From: an uncultured Eubacterium sp. | GTDB lineage: Bacteria; Bacillota; Clostridia; Oscillospirales; Acutalibacteraceae | Direction of reading: 5' to 3' | Length of the DNA: 64,000 bases | NCBI GenBank assembly: GCA_910577195.1 | Contig: CAJTLP010000002.1 | Location: forward strand, 71,211-135,210 | Shown here: positions 30,259-41,253 of the stretch, one piece after another | Position numbering within the stretch: position 1 is the first letter of the stretch | Layout: each line of letters starts with the position of its first letter | Notes under the pieces: model-generated | What the model was told of the DNA's origin: nothing | Database searches by the model: none | Seen by the model: only the letters and a program-made list of their open reading frames with translations | Made by a program: the position numbers and the translations under genes

Positions 30259-31461
30259 TCAGTCGTTAGGGATAAACTTTCTGTGAACTGCTGAAACAGC
30301 TCTGTCTGCATCCTTAGCGTCAATGATTACAGAAATCTTGATTTCTGATGTGGAAATCATCTGGATATTGATGTTTGTTTCATAAAGTGCCTCAAACATC
30401 TTTGAAGCTGTACCGGGATGTGATTCCATACCTGCGCCTACAATAGAAACCTTTGAAACCTCTGTATTACATACAATTTTGCAGTCACTGAGCATATCCT
30501 CAAGAAGCTCAACAGCAAGAGGACCGTTCTCCTTGCTTACACTGAAAACAATATCCTTTGTACCGTCTCTGCCGAAAGACTGAAGAATAATATCAACATT
30601 TATATTCTTTGCTGAAAGCTTTGAGAAAATTTTGAAAGCGATACCCGGAGTATCCTGTAAATTTAAGATTGAAACAAGTGCAACGTCATTATCCTTTGTT
30701 ACACCGCGAATTAACATTTTTTCCATTTTTGCTGCCTCCTTAACAATAGTACCTGGTATTGGATTCAGTGAAGAAAGAACCTCAAGCTCCACTGAATATT
30801 TCTTTGCCATTTCAACTGAACGGTTATTAAGAACCTGAGCACCAAGTGTGGCAAGCTCAAGCATCTCGTCATAAGTAATGTCCTTAAGCTTTTTAGCACC
30901 CTCAACCTTTCTTGGGTCTGCGGTGTAAACACCCTCAACATCCGTAAATATCTGACATTTATCAGCTTTAAGAGCCGCAGCAATTGCAACTGCCGATGTG
31001 TCTGAACCGCCTCTGCCTAAGGTTGTAAGGTCATCATATCTGTTAATACCCTGAAATCCTGCAACAACAACGATATTGTGCTTTGCAATTTCAGCCTGTA
31101 ATCTGTTAGGCTTGATATTTTTGATTCTTGCCTGTGAGTGAATGGAATTTGTGTTGAAGCCTGCCTGCCAGCCTAAAAGACTGATTACAGGGAAACCAAG
31201 CTTTTCAATTGCCATAGCAAGAAGTGAAATTGAAATCTGCTCACCTGCAGTAAGAAGCTGATCCATTTCCCTCTTATGAGCATTAGGATTAATTTCATTT
31301 GCTTTAGCAATCAGGTCATCCGTTGTGTCACCCTGAGCTGATACAACTACAACTACGTCGTTACCCTGCTTATAGGTATCTGTAACGATTTTTGCAACAT
31401 TCATCACTTTCTGAGCGTCCGCCACTGATGAACCGCCGAACTTCTGAACAATAAGTCCCAT
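30259..31461 (-). CDS. lysC: Aspartate kinase
   Basis: VQKFGGSSV, TTLGRGGSDTSA, DVEGVYTADP, two ACT domains (STSEIKIS). Confidence 0.93.
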   Translation of the reverse strand: MGLIVQKFGGSSVADAQKVMNVAKIVTDTYKQGNDVVVVVSAQGDTTDDLIAKANEINPNAHKREMDQLLTAGEQISISLLAMAIEKLGFPVISLLGWQAGFNTNSIHSQARIKNIKPNRLQAEIAKHNIVVVAGFQGINRYDDLTTLGRGGSDTSAVAIAAALKADKCQIFTDVEGVYTADPRKVEGAKKLKDITYDEMLELATLGAQVLNNRSVEMAKKYSVELEVLSSLNPIPGTIVKEAAKMEKMLIRGVTKDNDVALVSILNLQDTPGIAFKIFSKLSAKNINVDIILQSFGRDGTKDIVFSVSKENGPLAVELLEDMLSDCKIVCNTEVSKVSIVGAGMESHPGTASKMFEALYETNINIQMISTSEIKISVIIDAKDADRAVSAVHRKFIPND

Positions 31462-31485
31462 AGTTCAAATCCTCCTTTTGTTATA

Positions 31486-32703
31486 TTAATAGTTTGTAAC
31501 TTTGATAATATTGATTACGTCAAGAGTGCTGAGCTTTTCAGCCAGCTCATTTTCAGTCATCACATCAGTAATAAATGCAACCTCATCAGACGGCTGACCC
31601 TTTCTTGAAAGGTACTTAACCTCTGAGAATGCACTGTTAACCTTATTGCAGTCTGACTTTGCACGAACATAGAAAGGCATTTTAATCGTGCTCTTGTAAT
31701 CAACAACATAATCCTCGTCACCGGCACCCCAGCCGAAAATCTTCTTTCTCTCTGTATGCTTAGCACAGTCAATAATATCTGCAACAACTGCTGAAGCTGT
31801 CGGCAGTTTACCTGCACCCGGTCCATAGAAGCAAACATCACCGACTGCATCACCGCGAACAAGAACCGCATTGAAAACGTCCTTAACTGATGCCAGCTGC
31901 GAGCCGTTATAAACAACTGCCGGACTTACGAAAGCAGCAATCTGATCCTCATTGATATATTTAATCTGTCCTAAAAGCTTGATAACGCCGCCTGCTGAAT
32001 TGATGTATGAAACATCTTCAAGAGTAATATTTGAAATACCCTCAGTCTCAACCTGTGACGGATAAACATGCTTACCGAATGCCAGTGAAGCAAGAATACA
32101 AACCTTACGGCATGCATCGTGACCCTCAACATCGGCAGTAGGATCCTTTTCGGCATATCCCTTATCCTGAGCAATCTTAAGTGCATCGGCAAAGGACATA
32201 CCCTCTTCAATCATCATTGTAAGAATAAAGTTTGTTGTACCGTTGAGAATGCCCGCAATACCCTCAATGTGATTGGCAGCAAGACACTGTGTAAGCGGTC
32301 TGATAATCGGAATACCGCCGCCTACAGAAGCCTCAAACAAATAGTTTGCACCGCTTTCCTCAGCTGCCTGCAGAAGCTCGAGACCTTTCTGAGCAACAAG
32401 CTCCTTGTTTGAAGTAACAACACTCTTACCTGCCTTGAGAAGTTTCATTGTAAAATCAAAAGCTGGATTCACTCCGCCCATTGTTTCAGCAACGATTTTA
32501 ACCTCAGGGTCATTAAGAATATCGTTGAAATCCTTTGTGAACAAATCCTTGTGAGGATCCTCAGGGAAATCACGCAAATCCAATATGTGCGCTACCTCAA
32601 GTGTATTACCGCCAGTTTTTTTAGGAATTGAATCACTATGCGCTTCAATAACCTCAACTACACCGGAACCTACTGTTCCGTATCCCATAACAGCAACTTT
32701 CAT
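31486..32703 (-). CDS. hom: Homoserine dehydrogenase
   Basis: GYGTVGSG, VTSNK, FEASVGGGIP, GILNGTTNFIL, GPGAGKLPTASAV. Confidence 0.95.
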   Translation of the reverse strand: MKVAVMGYGTVGSGVVEVIEAHSDSIPKKTGGNTLEVAHILDLRDFPEDPHKDLFTKDFNDILNDPEVKIVAETMGGVNPAFDFTMKLLKAGKSVVTSNKELVAQKGLELLQAAEESGANYLFEASVGGGIPIIRPLTQCLAANHIEGIAGILNGTTNFILTMMIEEGMSFADALKIAQDKGYAEKDPTADVEGHDACRKVCILASLAFGKHVYPSQVETEGISNITLEDVSYINSAGGVIKLLGQIKYINEDQIAAFVSPAVVYNGSQLASVKDVFNAVLVRGDAVGDVCFYGPGAGKLPTASAVVADIIDCAKHTERKKIFGWGAGDEDYVVDYKSTIKMPFYVRAKSDCNKVNSAFSEVKYLSRKGQPSDEVAFITDVMTENELAEKLSTLDVINIIKVTNY

Positions 32704-32767
32704 TTGTTAACCTCCTGATATAATTTAACATTTCGGCACACAATAAAAATAATATTTTCTGTTAAAA

Positions 32768-33208
32768 TTATTTATGCTCGCCGAAATGAACTGAATTGAC
32801 ACCTTTAATACTTTTTATATTTTCAATCAGCACCTGTGCAGTAACCGTCATATCCGTTGCTCTCACCGTTACCGATACATCTGCAACCGAGTTGACAGGA
32901 ACACTCTGACTGACAGAAAGAATATTTGCACCTGCTTTGTAAAGCTCATTCATAAGTGCAGACAGTACACCTGCATTATCCTTCAGCTTAGCATTGATTG
33001 TAAGCGTTTCATCATTACTGTCTGTGCTGTATTCAAAAATAGAGTCCTTGTATTTATAGTATGCACTTCTTGAAATACCTGCCATTTTTACAGCCTGCGA
33101 TGTGCTGGACGCTTCACCGCTTGCAAGATAATTTTTTGCTTCAATAACCTTAGAATAAACAGGCGGAAGGATACTTGCATTTACAAGATAATAATTTACT
33201 TTTTCCAT
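32768..33208 (-). CDS. thrR: ACT-domain regulator ThrR/PheB-like
   Basis: YYLV..LP.V..KVIEAK, GISRSAYYKYKD, C-terminal ACT; heads the hom-lysC operon. Start reassigned to ATG 33208 after GGAGG. Confidence 0.8.
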   Translation of the reverse strand: MEKVNYYLVNASILPPVYSKVIEAKNYLASGEASSTSQAVKMAGISRSAYYKYKDSIFEYSTDSNDETLTINAKLKDNAGVLSALMNELYKAGANILSVSQSVPVNSVADVSVTVRATDMTVTAQVLIENIKSIKGVNSVHFGEHK

Positions 33209-33395
33209 TAATTTGTCCTCCATACGCGGACAATTGTTTTGCTGTGAAACACACTTGTAATATATTAGCAGAAAAAAGAAAAAGTATCAAGACCTAATTT
33301 AAAAAAATTTAACATTATTTATCATATTTCCCCTTGATAATTAAATATAGTTGAACTATTATATTAATTAGTTAGTATAAAAAGGAAGTTAAAAT

Positions 33396-34544
33396 ATGTC
33401 AGACAAGGTAAAAAAAAGAAGAGACGCCATAATTAACGTTGCCTTTTTGGCAATGGTTCTCGGTTTAATATTTGTATTTTTCAAATACTGCTTTGGTATT
33501 GCGGCACCGTTTCTGCTTTCATTTTTCTTTGCCGTTCTTCTTCAAAGACCGTTAAGATGGCTCGACAAAAAAACAAAAAACAAATGCCATACGCTCTGGT
33601 CGCTTTTACTCGTTCTGCTTTCAATACTGATTATCGTCGGTCCGTTAATTATCATACTGTCACTTATAGGGCGTGAAATAGGGAATTTCGTATCATACCT
33701 GACTGATCAGCTTAATGATTTGCCATCCTTTCTCGCCACGCTTGAAAAGGAAATACTCGGCCTTATCAAGTTCCTGCCTGACAGCATTTATACCTCTGCA
33801 GCAGATTATATATCAGACCTCTTCGGTAAAATGATTAACAACTTTGATTTAAGTGCAATCGGCATTGATATGAAATCTGTTACAAGCGGACTGACAACAG
33901 GTGTCAGCGGAATTTACGGAGTTGTAAAGAATATTCCGTCTGTTCTCATTGGTATCGTAATCGGAGTAGTTGCCTGGATATTCTTCACTAAGGATTATAA
34001 TTATATCGTTCATTTCATCAAGCTTCAGCTCCCTGATAACAAAAAGAATATTTTAAGTGAGATTAAGCAGATTTTTTCAAAAACGGTTTTAAAAATGATA
34101 AGAGCATATGGTATTATTATGCTTATTACCTTCTGCGAGCTGTTTCTCGGCTTGTCAATCCTGAACTGGATTGGCGTTATGGACAACAGTTATGTTGTTA
34201 TGATAGCAATTGTAATAGCCATATTTGATATTTTACCGGTTGCAGGCTCAGGCGGAATTCTTATTCCGTGGGCTGCTATAAGCTTAATTCTTGGCGAATA
34301 TCCGGCAGCAATAGGACTTATTGTTGTTTACGCGGTTATTACTGTTATCCGCCAGTATATTGAGCCAAAAATCGTCGGCTCCTCTCTTGGTGTTCATCCG
34401 CTCGTAACTCTTGCCGGCTTATATTTCGGTCTCAAGCTGTTCGGCTTTATGGGTATGTTCATCGTGCCTCTGGCAGTGATGACCCTGAAGGCATTCAACG
34501 ATGCCGGCAGAATTCATCTGTTCAATTCACCGGAAAGAAATTGA
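33396..34544 (+). CDS. AI-2E family transporter (YtvI-like)
   Basis: PFLLS, DILPVAGSGGILIPW, RQYIEPKIVG, GVHPL, GMFIVP. Confidence 0.88.
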   Translation: MSDKVKKRRDAIINVAFLAMVLGLIFVFFKYCFGIAAPFLLSFFFAVLLQRPLRWLDKKTKNKCHTLWSLLLVLLSILIIVGPLIIILSLIGREIGNFVSYLTDQLNDLPSFLATLEKEILGLIKFLPDSIYTSAADYISDLFGKMINNFDLSAIGIDMKSVTSGLTTGVSGIYGVVKNIPSVLIGIVIGVVAWIFFTKDYNYIVHFIKLQLPDNKKNILSEIKQIFSKTVLKMIRAYGIIMLITFCELFLGLSILNWIGVMDNSYVVMIAIVIAIFDILPVAGSGGILIPWAAISLILGEYPAAIGLIVVYAVITVIRQYIEPKIVGSSLGVHPLVTLAGLYFGLKLFGFMGMFIVPLAVMTLKAFNDAGRIHLFNSPERN

Positions 34545-34559
34545 TAAAACTATATAATA

Positions 34560-34600
34560 AAGAGCTGTTCCGAATGATTCGGAACAGCTCTTCTCTTTTT
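34560..34600. terminator. Bidirectional intrinsic terminator
   Basis: aagagctgttccgaa-tga-ttcggaacagctctt. Confidence 0.8.
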
Positions 34601-34614
34601 GAAATATTTTAATT

Positions 34615-35514
34615 TTATAAGCCTGTGTTTTCAGCAATATACTTACGAGCCTTTACTGCATACGCAAAAGGATTTGCTTTTGCAGGGTCCTGCTCAGCCT
34701 CAACAACTACCCAGCCTTCATAATCATTCTCAGCAAGGATATCAAAGATAGGCTTGAAATCAACATCGCCGTCACCCGGCACTGTGAACACACCTGCTCT
34801 TACTGCATCAAGAAAAGACATATGCTCAGGCACAACCTGATTGTTGTAAACATCAAGTCTTACGTCCTTGAGGTGAACGTGCTTGACTCTGTTAATATAT
34901 TTCTTAAGCACAGGAACAGGGTCGATACCTGCAAAGGTAAGGTGACCTGAATCGAAAAGGAGATAAACAAGCTCAGGGTCAGTAAGCTCCATAAGCTTAT
35001 CAATTTCCTCAACAGTCTGAACACCTGTACCCATATGATGATGAACGGTGAAATACATACCCTTTGACTTGGCGTATGCACCCATTTCATTAAAGCCTTT
35101 GGCAACGATTGCCCACTCTTCATCTGTATAATATGGCTTTTCATCCAGGATTGACTTGTCAAGACATCCCTGAATAGAATTACCCTGCTCAGATGCACCG
35201 ATAACCTTTGCACCTAATTTATAAAGCTTATCGCAATGCGCCTTGAAAGCCTCTATTGTCTCCTCATAAGGCTTTGAGGTTAAGAAGGAAGAGAACCATG
35301 CGTTACAAATCTGCAGTCCTCTGATATCAAGATACGGCTTTAAAACATCAGGGTCGGCAGGATATTTGTTGCCGATTTCCGAACCCTTAAAGCCTGCAAG
35401 TGCCATTTCACTTATGCACTGCTCAAATGTATTTTCAGCACCCAGATCAGGCATATCATCATTCGTCCAGCCGATTGGTGCAATAGCAAGTTTTACTTTG
35501 TTTGGATCAAGCAT
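34615..35514 (-). CDS. iolE: Myo-inosose-2 dehydratase
   Basis: [41 protein letters not shown]. Confidence 0.95.
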   Translation of the reverse strand: MLDPNKVKLAIAPIGWTNDDMPDLGAENTFEQCISEMALAGFKGSEIGNKYPADPDVLKPYLDIRGLQICNAWFSSFLTSKPYEETIEAFKAHCDKLYKLGAKVIGASEQGNSIQGCLDKSILDEKPYYTDEEWAIVAKGFNEMGAYAKSKGMYFTVHHHMGTGVQTVEEIDKLMELTDPELVYLLFDSGHLTFAGIDPVPVLKKYINRVKHVHLKDVRLDVYNNQVVPEHMSFLDAVRAGVFTVPGDGDVDFKPIFDILAENDYEGWVVVEAEQDPAKANPFAYAVKARKYIAENTGL

Positions 35515-35566
35515 TTTGTTGTTACCTTTCTAATTTAAAGTAAATATGTAAAAAATCCGCAGCTTT

Positions 35567-37420
35567 TTAGTAGTCAAAGGTTTCTTTAATATGCGCCTGC
35601 ATATCCTCATAGGCTGCAGCAACGGTTTCAGACTCAGATACCTCAGCCACGCCGACTCTCCACCAGGACTCGAAGCCGGGTGTCATTGTCTTAGGAAGCA
35701 CCTTGATATCAAAGAGACAGGAAACGGTCTGCTTTTTAGCGTCCTCAAGTGCTGCACGAAGCTCGTCTGAAGTTCGGCAGGTATATGATTTTGCACCATA
35801 GCCCTCTGCAATCTTTGCAAAGTCAGGGTCAATTTCAGCACCGTCAAGCATACCTGTTACCGGATTTCTTGCACGGAATACTGTACCAAAGGTATCTGTG
35901 CCCTGATTATTCTGCAGATTTTCAATACAACCCCAGCCCATATTATCAAAGAGACAAACATTAATCTTAAGTCCTTCCTGAAGAGCTGTATAAAGCTCAC
36001 TGTGACCCATAAGGAATGAGCCGTCACCGCAGAAGGTGTAAACCTCAGACTCAGGCTTTGCAAGCTTGGCACCGAGAGCACCGTTAACCTCATAACCCAT
36101 ATTGGAATAACCGTATTCCATATGGTATGTGCCTCTGTCCTTTGGTCTGAAAAGTCTCTGCATATCACCGGGAAGAGAACCTGCTGAACCGAGTGCAATG
36201 GCATCGTCGTCCATAAACTCATTGATGATACCAAGTGCAAGAGTCTGATTCAAACCACCCTCCAGCTCAGTTGAATAATACTTATCCACAATGGCATCCC
36301 ACTCAGCCTTAGCGTCAGCAATCTCATTTTGATAAGCTGATTTATAACCATCACAGGAATCAATAAGAGCTGTCAGTGTTTCTCTTGCATCGGCAATCAC
36401 TGCCTCTGCATCCATTTTGAACGCATCGAATGGGCAGATATTGATACCGAGCACCTTTCTGTTTTCATTGAAGAGCCATTTTGAAGATGTAGTAAAATCT
36501 GTAAAACGAGTACCCACACCGATAACCAGGTCAGCATCCTTAGCAATAACGTTGGCAGCCTTGCCGCCTGTTACGCCGATACCACCTAAGTTAAGCGGAT
36601 GCTTCCAGTCAATAATGCCCTTACCTGCCTGTGTTTCGCCGATAGGGATATTGTACTTTTCAGCAAATTTCTGCAATTCCTTTTCAGCCTCGCTGTATCT
36701 TACACCGCCGCCGCAAACGATAATCGGTTTCTTTGCGGATTTGATAAGCTCAGTCGCTCTTTCAAGCTGTGATGCGGAAACAGGACGTCTGTCCAGATGC
36801 CATACACGCTTTGCAAGGAAATGCTCAGGATAATCATATGCTTCGCCCTCAACATCCTGCGGCATTGCAAGGCAGACCGCACCTGTATCAGCAGGGTCTG
36901 TAAGAACGCGCATTGCATTGAGACAAGCGGTCATAAGCTGTTCAGGTCTGTTAATTCTGTCAAAATAGTGGCATACTCCCTTAAAGGCATCTGTTACTGT
37001 TCTGCCGTAGTTATCAAAGAACTCAGCCTGCTGCAAAACAGGATCAGGCTGACGGCAGGCAAATGTATCACCCGGAAGAACAAGCAGCGGAATTCTGTTG
37101 GCTGTTGCACAGCCGCAGGCAGTTACCATATTTGTAGCACCGGGACCGATTGAAGAAACGCAGGGAATAATTGCCTTTCTGTCCATCTGCTTGGCATATG
37201 CCATAGCAGCAAGCGCCATATTCTGCTCATTTTTACCCTGATAGAATTTCAGGTTATGTCCGCCCTGCTCAAGAGCCTGACCGACACCGACAACACAGCC
37301 GTGACCGAAAATGCCGAAAATGCCGTTTACAAATTTGGTTTCAACGCCGTCACATTCAATATACTGATTGTCAAGGAACTTAACAAGTGCCTGTGACATT
37401 GTAAGTCTTGTACGTTTCAT
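35567..37420 (-). CDS. iolD: 3D-(3,5/4)-trihydroxycyclohexane-1,2-dione hydrolase
   Basis: GIFGHG, SIGPGATNM, PDPVLQQ, AGSLPGD, YHMEYGYS, GDGSFLM, WWRVGVAE. Confidence 0.95.
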   Translation of the reverse strand: MKRTRLTMSQALVKFLDNQYIECDGVETKFVNGIFGIFGHGCVVGVGQALEQGGHNLKFYQGKNEQNMALAAMAYAKQMDRKAIIPCVSSIGPGATNMVTACGCATANRIPLLVLPGDTFACRQPDPVLQQAEFFDNYGRTVTDAFKGVCHYFDRINRPEQLMTACLNAMRVLTDPADTGAVCLAMPQDVEGEAYDYPEHFLAKRVWHLDRRPVSASQLERATELIKSAKKPIIVCGGGVRYSEAEKELQKFAEKYNIPIGETQAGKGIIDWKHPLNLGGIGVTGGKAANVIAKDADLVIGVGTRFTDFTTSSKWLFNENRKVLGINICPFDAFKMDAEAVIADARETLTALIDSCDGYKSAYQNEIADAKAEWDAIVDKYYSTELEGGLNQTLALGIINEFMDDDAIALGSAGSLPGDMQRLFRPKDRGTYHMEYGYSNMGYEVNGALGAKLAKPESEVYTFCGDGSFLMGHSELYTALQEGLKINVCLFDNMGWGCIENLQNNQGTDTFGTVFRARNPVTGMLDGAEIDPDFAKIAEGYGAKSYTCRTSDELRAALEDAKKQTVSCLFDIKVLPKTMTPGFESWWRVGVAEVSESETVAAAYEDMQAHIKETFDY

Positions 37421-37423
37421 AAG

Positions 37424-38437
37424 TTAACCCTCGATTTCTGAAAGCTTAACAGGTCTGTTTTCCTTAACGGAAAGCTTAGCTGCAAGACCGAGACGAAGAG
37501 CCTCAAGACCGTCATATACAGTGGTCTTTGTCTCCTTATCATTGATAACACAGTCAATGAACTCTGTCATCTCATCTGTAAAGGACTGCATATATCTTTC
37601 AAGAAAGAAATAAAGCGGCTTGTCAGTTGTAGCACCGTTTTCGTCCATAAACTCAACGTGGGTAGGTGTATCGTTGGCAGCACTTGCCTGACCCTTCTTG
37701 CCGAATACCTCAAGTCTCTGGTCGTATCCGTAAGCAGCTTTACGGCAGTTATCAATAACACCGATTGCACCGCTCTTGAATTTGAGGGCAACAAGTGCAG
37801 TATCCACGTCGCCTGCCTCACCGATTGCAGGGTCAACGGTTACAGCAGCATTTGCATAAACCTCTTCAACCTCGCCGCCGATGAAACGAGCCATATCAAA
37901 ATCATGAACAGTCATATCAAGGAAGATACCGCCTGATACCTTAACATATGCAATTGGAGGCGGCTCAGGGTCACGTGATGTGATTTTGATTGTCTGAAGC
38001 TCACCGATTTTGCCCTCGTTTGCAAGATTCTTTATCTGTGCAAAATTGTGGTCATAACGGCGGTTAAAGCCAATCTGAAGCTTAACACCTGCCTCATCAA
38101 CGGCAGCAATAACAGCCTTGATTTTTTCGACAGTCAAATCAACAGGCTTTTCGCAGAAAATGTGCTTGCCTGCTTTTGCAGCCTCAATCGCAATGTCTGC
38201 GTGTGTATCTGTTGAGGAACAGATAAGAACTGCCGTAATCTCAGGATTATTTAAAATCTCGTGATAGTCCTCATAGTAGTTTGGTATACCAAGCTCGCCT
38301 GCAACCTTCTTTGCGCCATCAACATAAATATCAGAAATAGCAACGATTTCTGCCTGCGGAATATGGTATGTAATCGACTTTGCATGTACCTGACCGATAC
38401 GTCCGGCACCAATGATGCCAACCTTAAGTTTTTCCAT
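37424..38437 (-). CDS. iolG: Myo-inositol 2-dehydrogenase
   Basis: GAGRIG, CEKP, GFNRRYD, SGGIFLDMTVHDFD, YGYDQRLE, FFLERY; in operon with iolDE. Confidence 0.92.
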   Translation of the reverse strand: MEKLKVGIIGAGRIGQVHAKSITYHIPQAEIVAISDIYVDGAKKVAGELGIPNYYEDYHEILNNPEITAVLICSSTDTHADIAIEAAKAGKHIFCEKPVDLTVEKIKAVIAAVDEAGVKLQIGFNRRYDHNFAQIKNLANEGKIGELQTIKITSRDPEPPPIAYVKVSGGIFLDMTVHDFDMARFIGGEVEEVYANAAVTVDPAIGEAGDVDTALVALKFKSGAIGVIDNCRKAAYGYDQRLEVFGKKGQASAANDTPTHVEFMDENGATTDKPLYFFLERYMQSFTDEMTEFIDCVINDKETKTTVYDGLEALRLGLAAKLSVKENRPVKLSEIEG

Positions 38438-38637
38438 AACATTTACCTCTCAAAAATATTCTTAAGGTACTGCGCTAAAGCAGCACTCTATCGCTTAAAT
38501 GATAACACAACAAATTCTATAATTCAATAATATAAATTGACAAATATAAATATTTTTTTAGGGTATGCTAAAATATTGCAATAACAGTAAAATATATGTA
38601 TAATAAGACTGTATAATAATTAAGGAGAACTAAAAAT

Positions 38638-38892
38638 ATGACATACACCTACAAACCTACCGGCGTCTGCGCACAGCAGATTACCATTGAAATAAATGAT
38701 GATGAAACAATAAAGGATATTAAATTTTTAGGCGGCTGCAACGGTAACCTTCAGGGAATATCCGCACTGGCTAAAAACAGAACTATGGACGAGGTTATCA
38801 GTATACTTAAGGGTATTAAGTGTGGCTTTAAAGGCACCTCCTGTCCGGACCAGCTTGCAAAAGCACTTGAAGAAATCAAAGAAGAATTTTAA
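38638..38892 (+). CDS. TIGR03905-like TSCPD-domain protein
   Basis: GVC, GGCNGN, GIKCG, TSCPDQLA. Confidence 0.88.
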   Translation: MTYTYKPTGVCAQQITIEINDDETIKDIKFLGGCNGNLQGISALAKNRTMDEVISILKGIKCGFKGTSCPDQLAKALEEIKEEF

Positions 38893-38907
38893 CAAGAGGG
38901 TTGAATT

Positions 38908-41253
38908 ATGTTAAGACTTGAAAGCAGAATACTCCAGCGTGAATTCAAGGTATATGAGGGCAACCTCTACGCATCACAAATCAGAAACACCCTGTCAAAA
39001 ATGGATCTTGTTCCTGACGGAAACAGTGTTGAATTTTTATTTCACTTTACCGACGGAACAGAATTCACATCGAAGGGACTTCAGGTTACAGACCATAAGC
39101 AGGAGCGCGGCCGCCTTTCTTTCACCTTTGCGGAATGCGAGGGCATTACGGTTACAATGTCCTTCTGGGCAGGCGAGGACGGAAACACATTAAAAAAACA
39201 GATTTCTTTTGTACAGAGCAATGACAAAATCATTGACTACATTCTCCTTGAGCATATCGGTATCATCAATTCAAAAACGCATTTCAGCGTACCGACGGAT
39301 ATTGAGGGACCTGAGCTTGGTCCTTACCACTCTGCACTGGGTCAGCCATTTTATATTGACAGCCTGTTTTTCGGCTGTGAGTTTCCTGCAACCTTCAATG
39401 CCGTTGTGTACGGTATAGGTCAGGTAAAATACTATCTCGGTAAAAATATAAGCGGAAGATTTGACTGCCCTGTAACCATTATGGGCGGTGCCAAAAGCAA
39501 TATGATGGTTGATGTGCAAAGAGCATTCTTTGACTACATTGATGATATTGCCGTTCCAACTGATTTCCGTATGCAGTACAACAGCTGGTATGACCATATG
39601 CTCAATATTGATGCAGATAATATTGAAAAATCCTTTTTTGAGGTTGAAAAGCATCTTTCATCAAACGGTGTTCCGCCGCTTGATGCCTATGTTATAGACG
39701 ACGGCTGGAATGATTATAAAGCACCTTTCTGGTCCTTTAATAAGAAATTCCCAAATCAGCTTTATGATTCCACTGCAATGACCAAGCGTTTCGGCTCAAG
39801 CTTCGGTCTTTGGTTAGGTCCTCGCGGAGGATATAATTATCAGGCTCAGTTTGCGAAAAGAATGGAGAAAAAAGGCTTCGGTGCTTACAATGCAATGTCA
39901 AGGGATATTTGTATTGCGGACAAAACCTATCAGAAAAATGTTCAGGATTTCATTCTGAAAACAACGAAGGACTTTGATATCAACTACTGGAAGCTTGACG
40001 GTTTTTGTTTAAAGCCTTGTAACAATCCAAAGCACAATCACACCGTCGGCGGCGAAAATGATATGTACTATTTCACAGAAATGTGGGAGGGCTGGATTGA
40101 AATTTTCAAAAACATACGCAAGCTCAGAAAACAGCAGGGCAAGGATATCTGGATTAATATGACCTGCTATGTCAACCCTTCTCCGTGGTGGCTTCAGTAT
40201 GTCAACAGCATATGGCTGCAAAACAGTCAGGATATCGGCTTTTCGGATAATCTTGAAAAGCAGTCCCAGCTTGACAGAGAGCTTACCTACCGCGACTCAA
40301 GGTATTACGACTCCTACTGCACAAGGGCATGGCAGCTTCCGAACAAATATGTATACAATCACGAACCGATATACGGAAACTGTGCTAAGGTTAATTACAC
40401 GGATGAGGAATTTGAGAAATACCTCTATTTCAATGCCTGCAGAGGTCAGGCGTTTAATGAGCTTCATCTGAGCTACAATATGATGAACAAATCAAAGTGG
40501 AGAACACTTGCATCTGTTTTACAGTGGCAGAAGAGCAATTACGATATTCTTCAAAAAGTGAATTTCATCGGCGGAAGACCTGACGATAACAATGTTTACG
40601 GTTATTTCGGCTGGACCGAAAACGGCGACGGCATTATCGCACTGAGAAATCCTACTGACGAAAAAGCACCGTTGACTCTTACTCTCAATAAGCTTATGGG
40701 CTGCCCTGAGAATCTTAAGGATGTTAAAAGATATAATGTGTATAATGAAAGCGGTACGGAAAACTTTGACAGTTATTCCTACGGCGATAAAATTGATATG
40801 ACCCTTAAGCCGTTTGAGGTTAAGATATTCCAGTTCGGCCATAGCGACAGGAGATATGATTATCTGAAAGGCATAAATGAATTCACAATTTCTTTCCAGT
40901 ACAATGGTGAGGAAAACTGTGTAATTGCAGAAAATGATGACATTAAAATTTCAGTTGAAAAGGGCTTCATTCACATTAAGTGTGATAATTGTGAAATTCA
41001 TTCGGAAAGCATTATCAGCTCAAACAAGCACAAAATCACCATTGTGCGAGAAAAGAATGCTATGATTAAGCTGTATATCGACAGGCATCTTGACTGCTCG
41101 GGCTATAACGCTGATATAAAGCCTGAAGTGTCTACTCAGTTTAACAGCAGTGCCGATGAATTCACCGTTAAGGATAAGGCTACACCTTACGACGAAATCA
41201 TATCCCTTAAAGAGATTCTTGGCAATGTAGGTAAAAGAAGGAAGAAAAAATAA
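38908..41253 (+). CDS. GH36-related alpha-N-acetylgalactosaminidase-like glycosidase with C-terminal beta-sandwich extension
   Basis: LGQPFY, FFGCEFP, QYNSWYDHML, VIDDGW, GLWLGPRGGY, YWKLDG recall the Clostridium perfringens AagA type. C-terminal HKITIVRE..IKLYID is LamG-like. Confidence 0.75.
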   Translation: MLRLESRILQREFKVYEGNLYASQIRNTLSKMDLVPDGNSVEFLFHFTDGTEFTSKGLQVTDHKQERGRLSFTFAECEGITVTMSFWAGEDGNTLKKQISFVQSNDKIIDYILLEHIGIINSKTHFSVPTDIEGPELGPYHSALGQPFYIDSLFFGCEFPATFNAVVYGIGQVKYYLGKNISGRFDCPVTIMGGAKSNMMVDVQRAFFDYIDDIAVPTDFRMQYNSWYDHMLNIDADNIEKSFFEVEKHLSSNGVPPLDAYVIDDGWNDYKAPFWSFNKKFPNQLYDSTAMTKRFGSSFGLWLGPRGGYNYQAQFAKRMEKKGFGAYNAMSRDICIADKTYQKNVQDFILKTTKDFDINYWKLDGFCLKPCNNPKHNHTVGGENDMYYFTEMWEGWIEIFKNIRKLRKQQGKDIWINMTCYVNPSPWWLQYVNSIWLQNSQDIGFSDNLEKQSQLDRELTYRDSRYYDSYCTRAWQLPNKYVYNHEPIYGNCAKVNYTDEEFEKYLYFNACRGQAFNELHLSYNMMNKSKWRTLASVLQWQKSNYDILQKVNFIGGRPDDNNVYGYFGWTENGDGIIALRNPTDEKAPLTLTLNKLMGCPENLKDVKRYNVYNESGTENFDSYSYGDKIDMTLKPFEVKIFQFGHSDRRYDYLKGINEFTISFQYNGEENCVIAENDDIKISVEKGFIHIKCDNCEIHSESIISSNKHKITIVREKNAMIKLYIDRHLDCSGYNADIKPEVSTQFNSSADEFTVKDKATPYDEIISLKEILGNVGKRRKKK

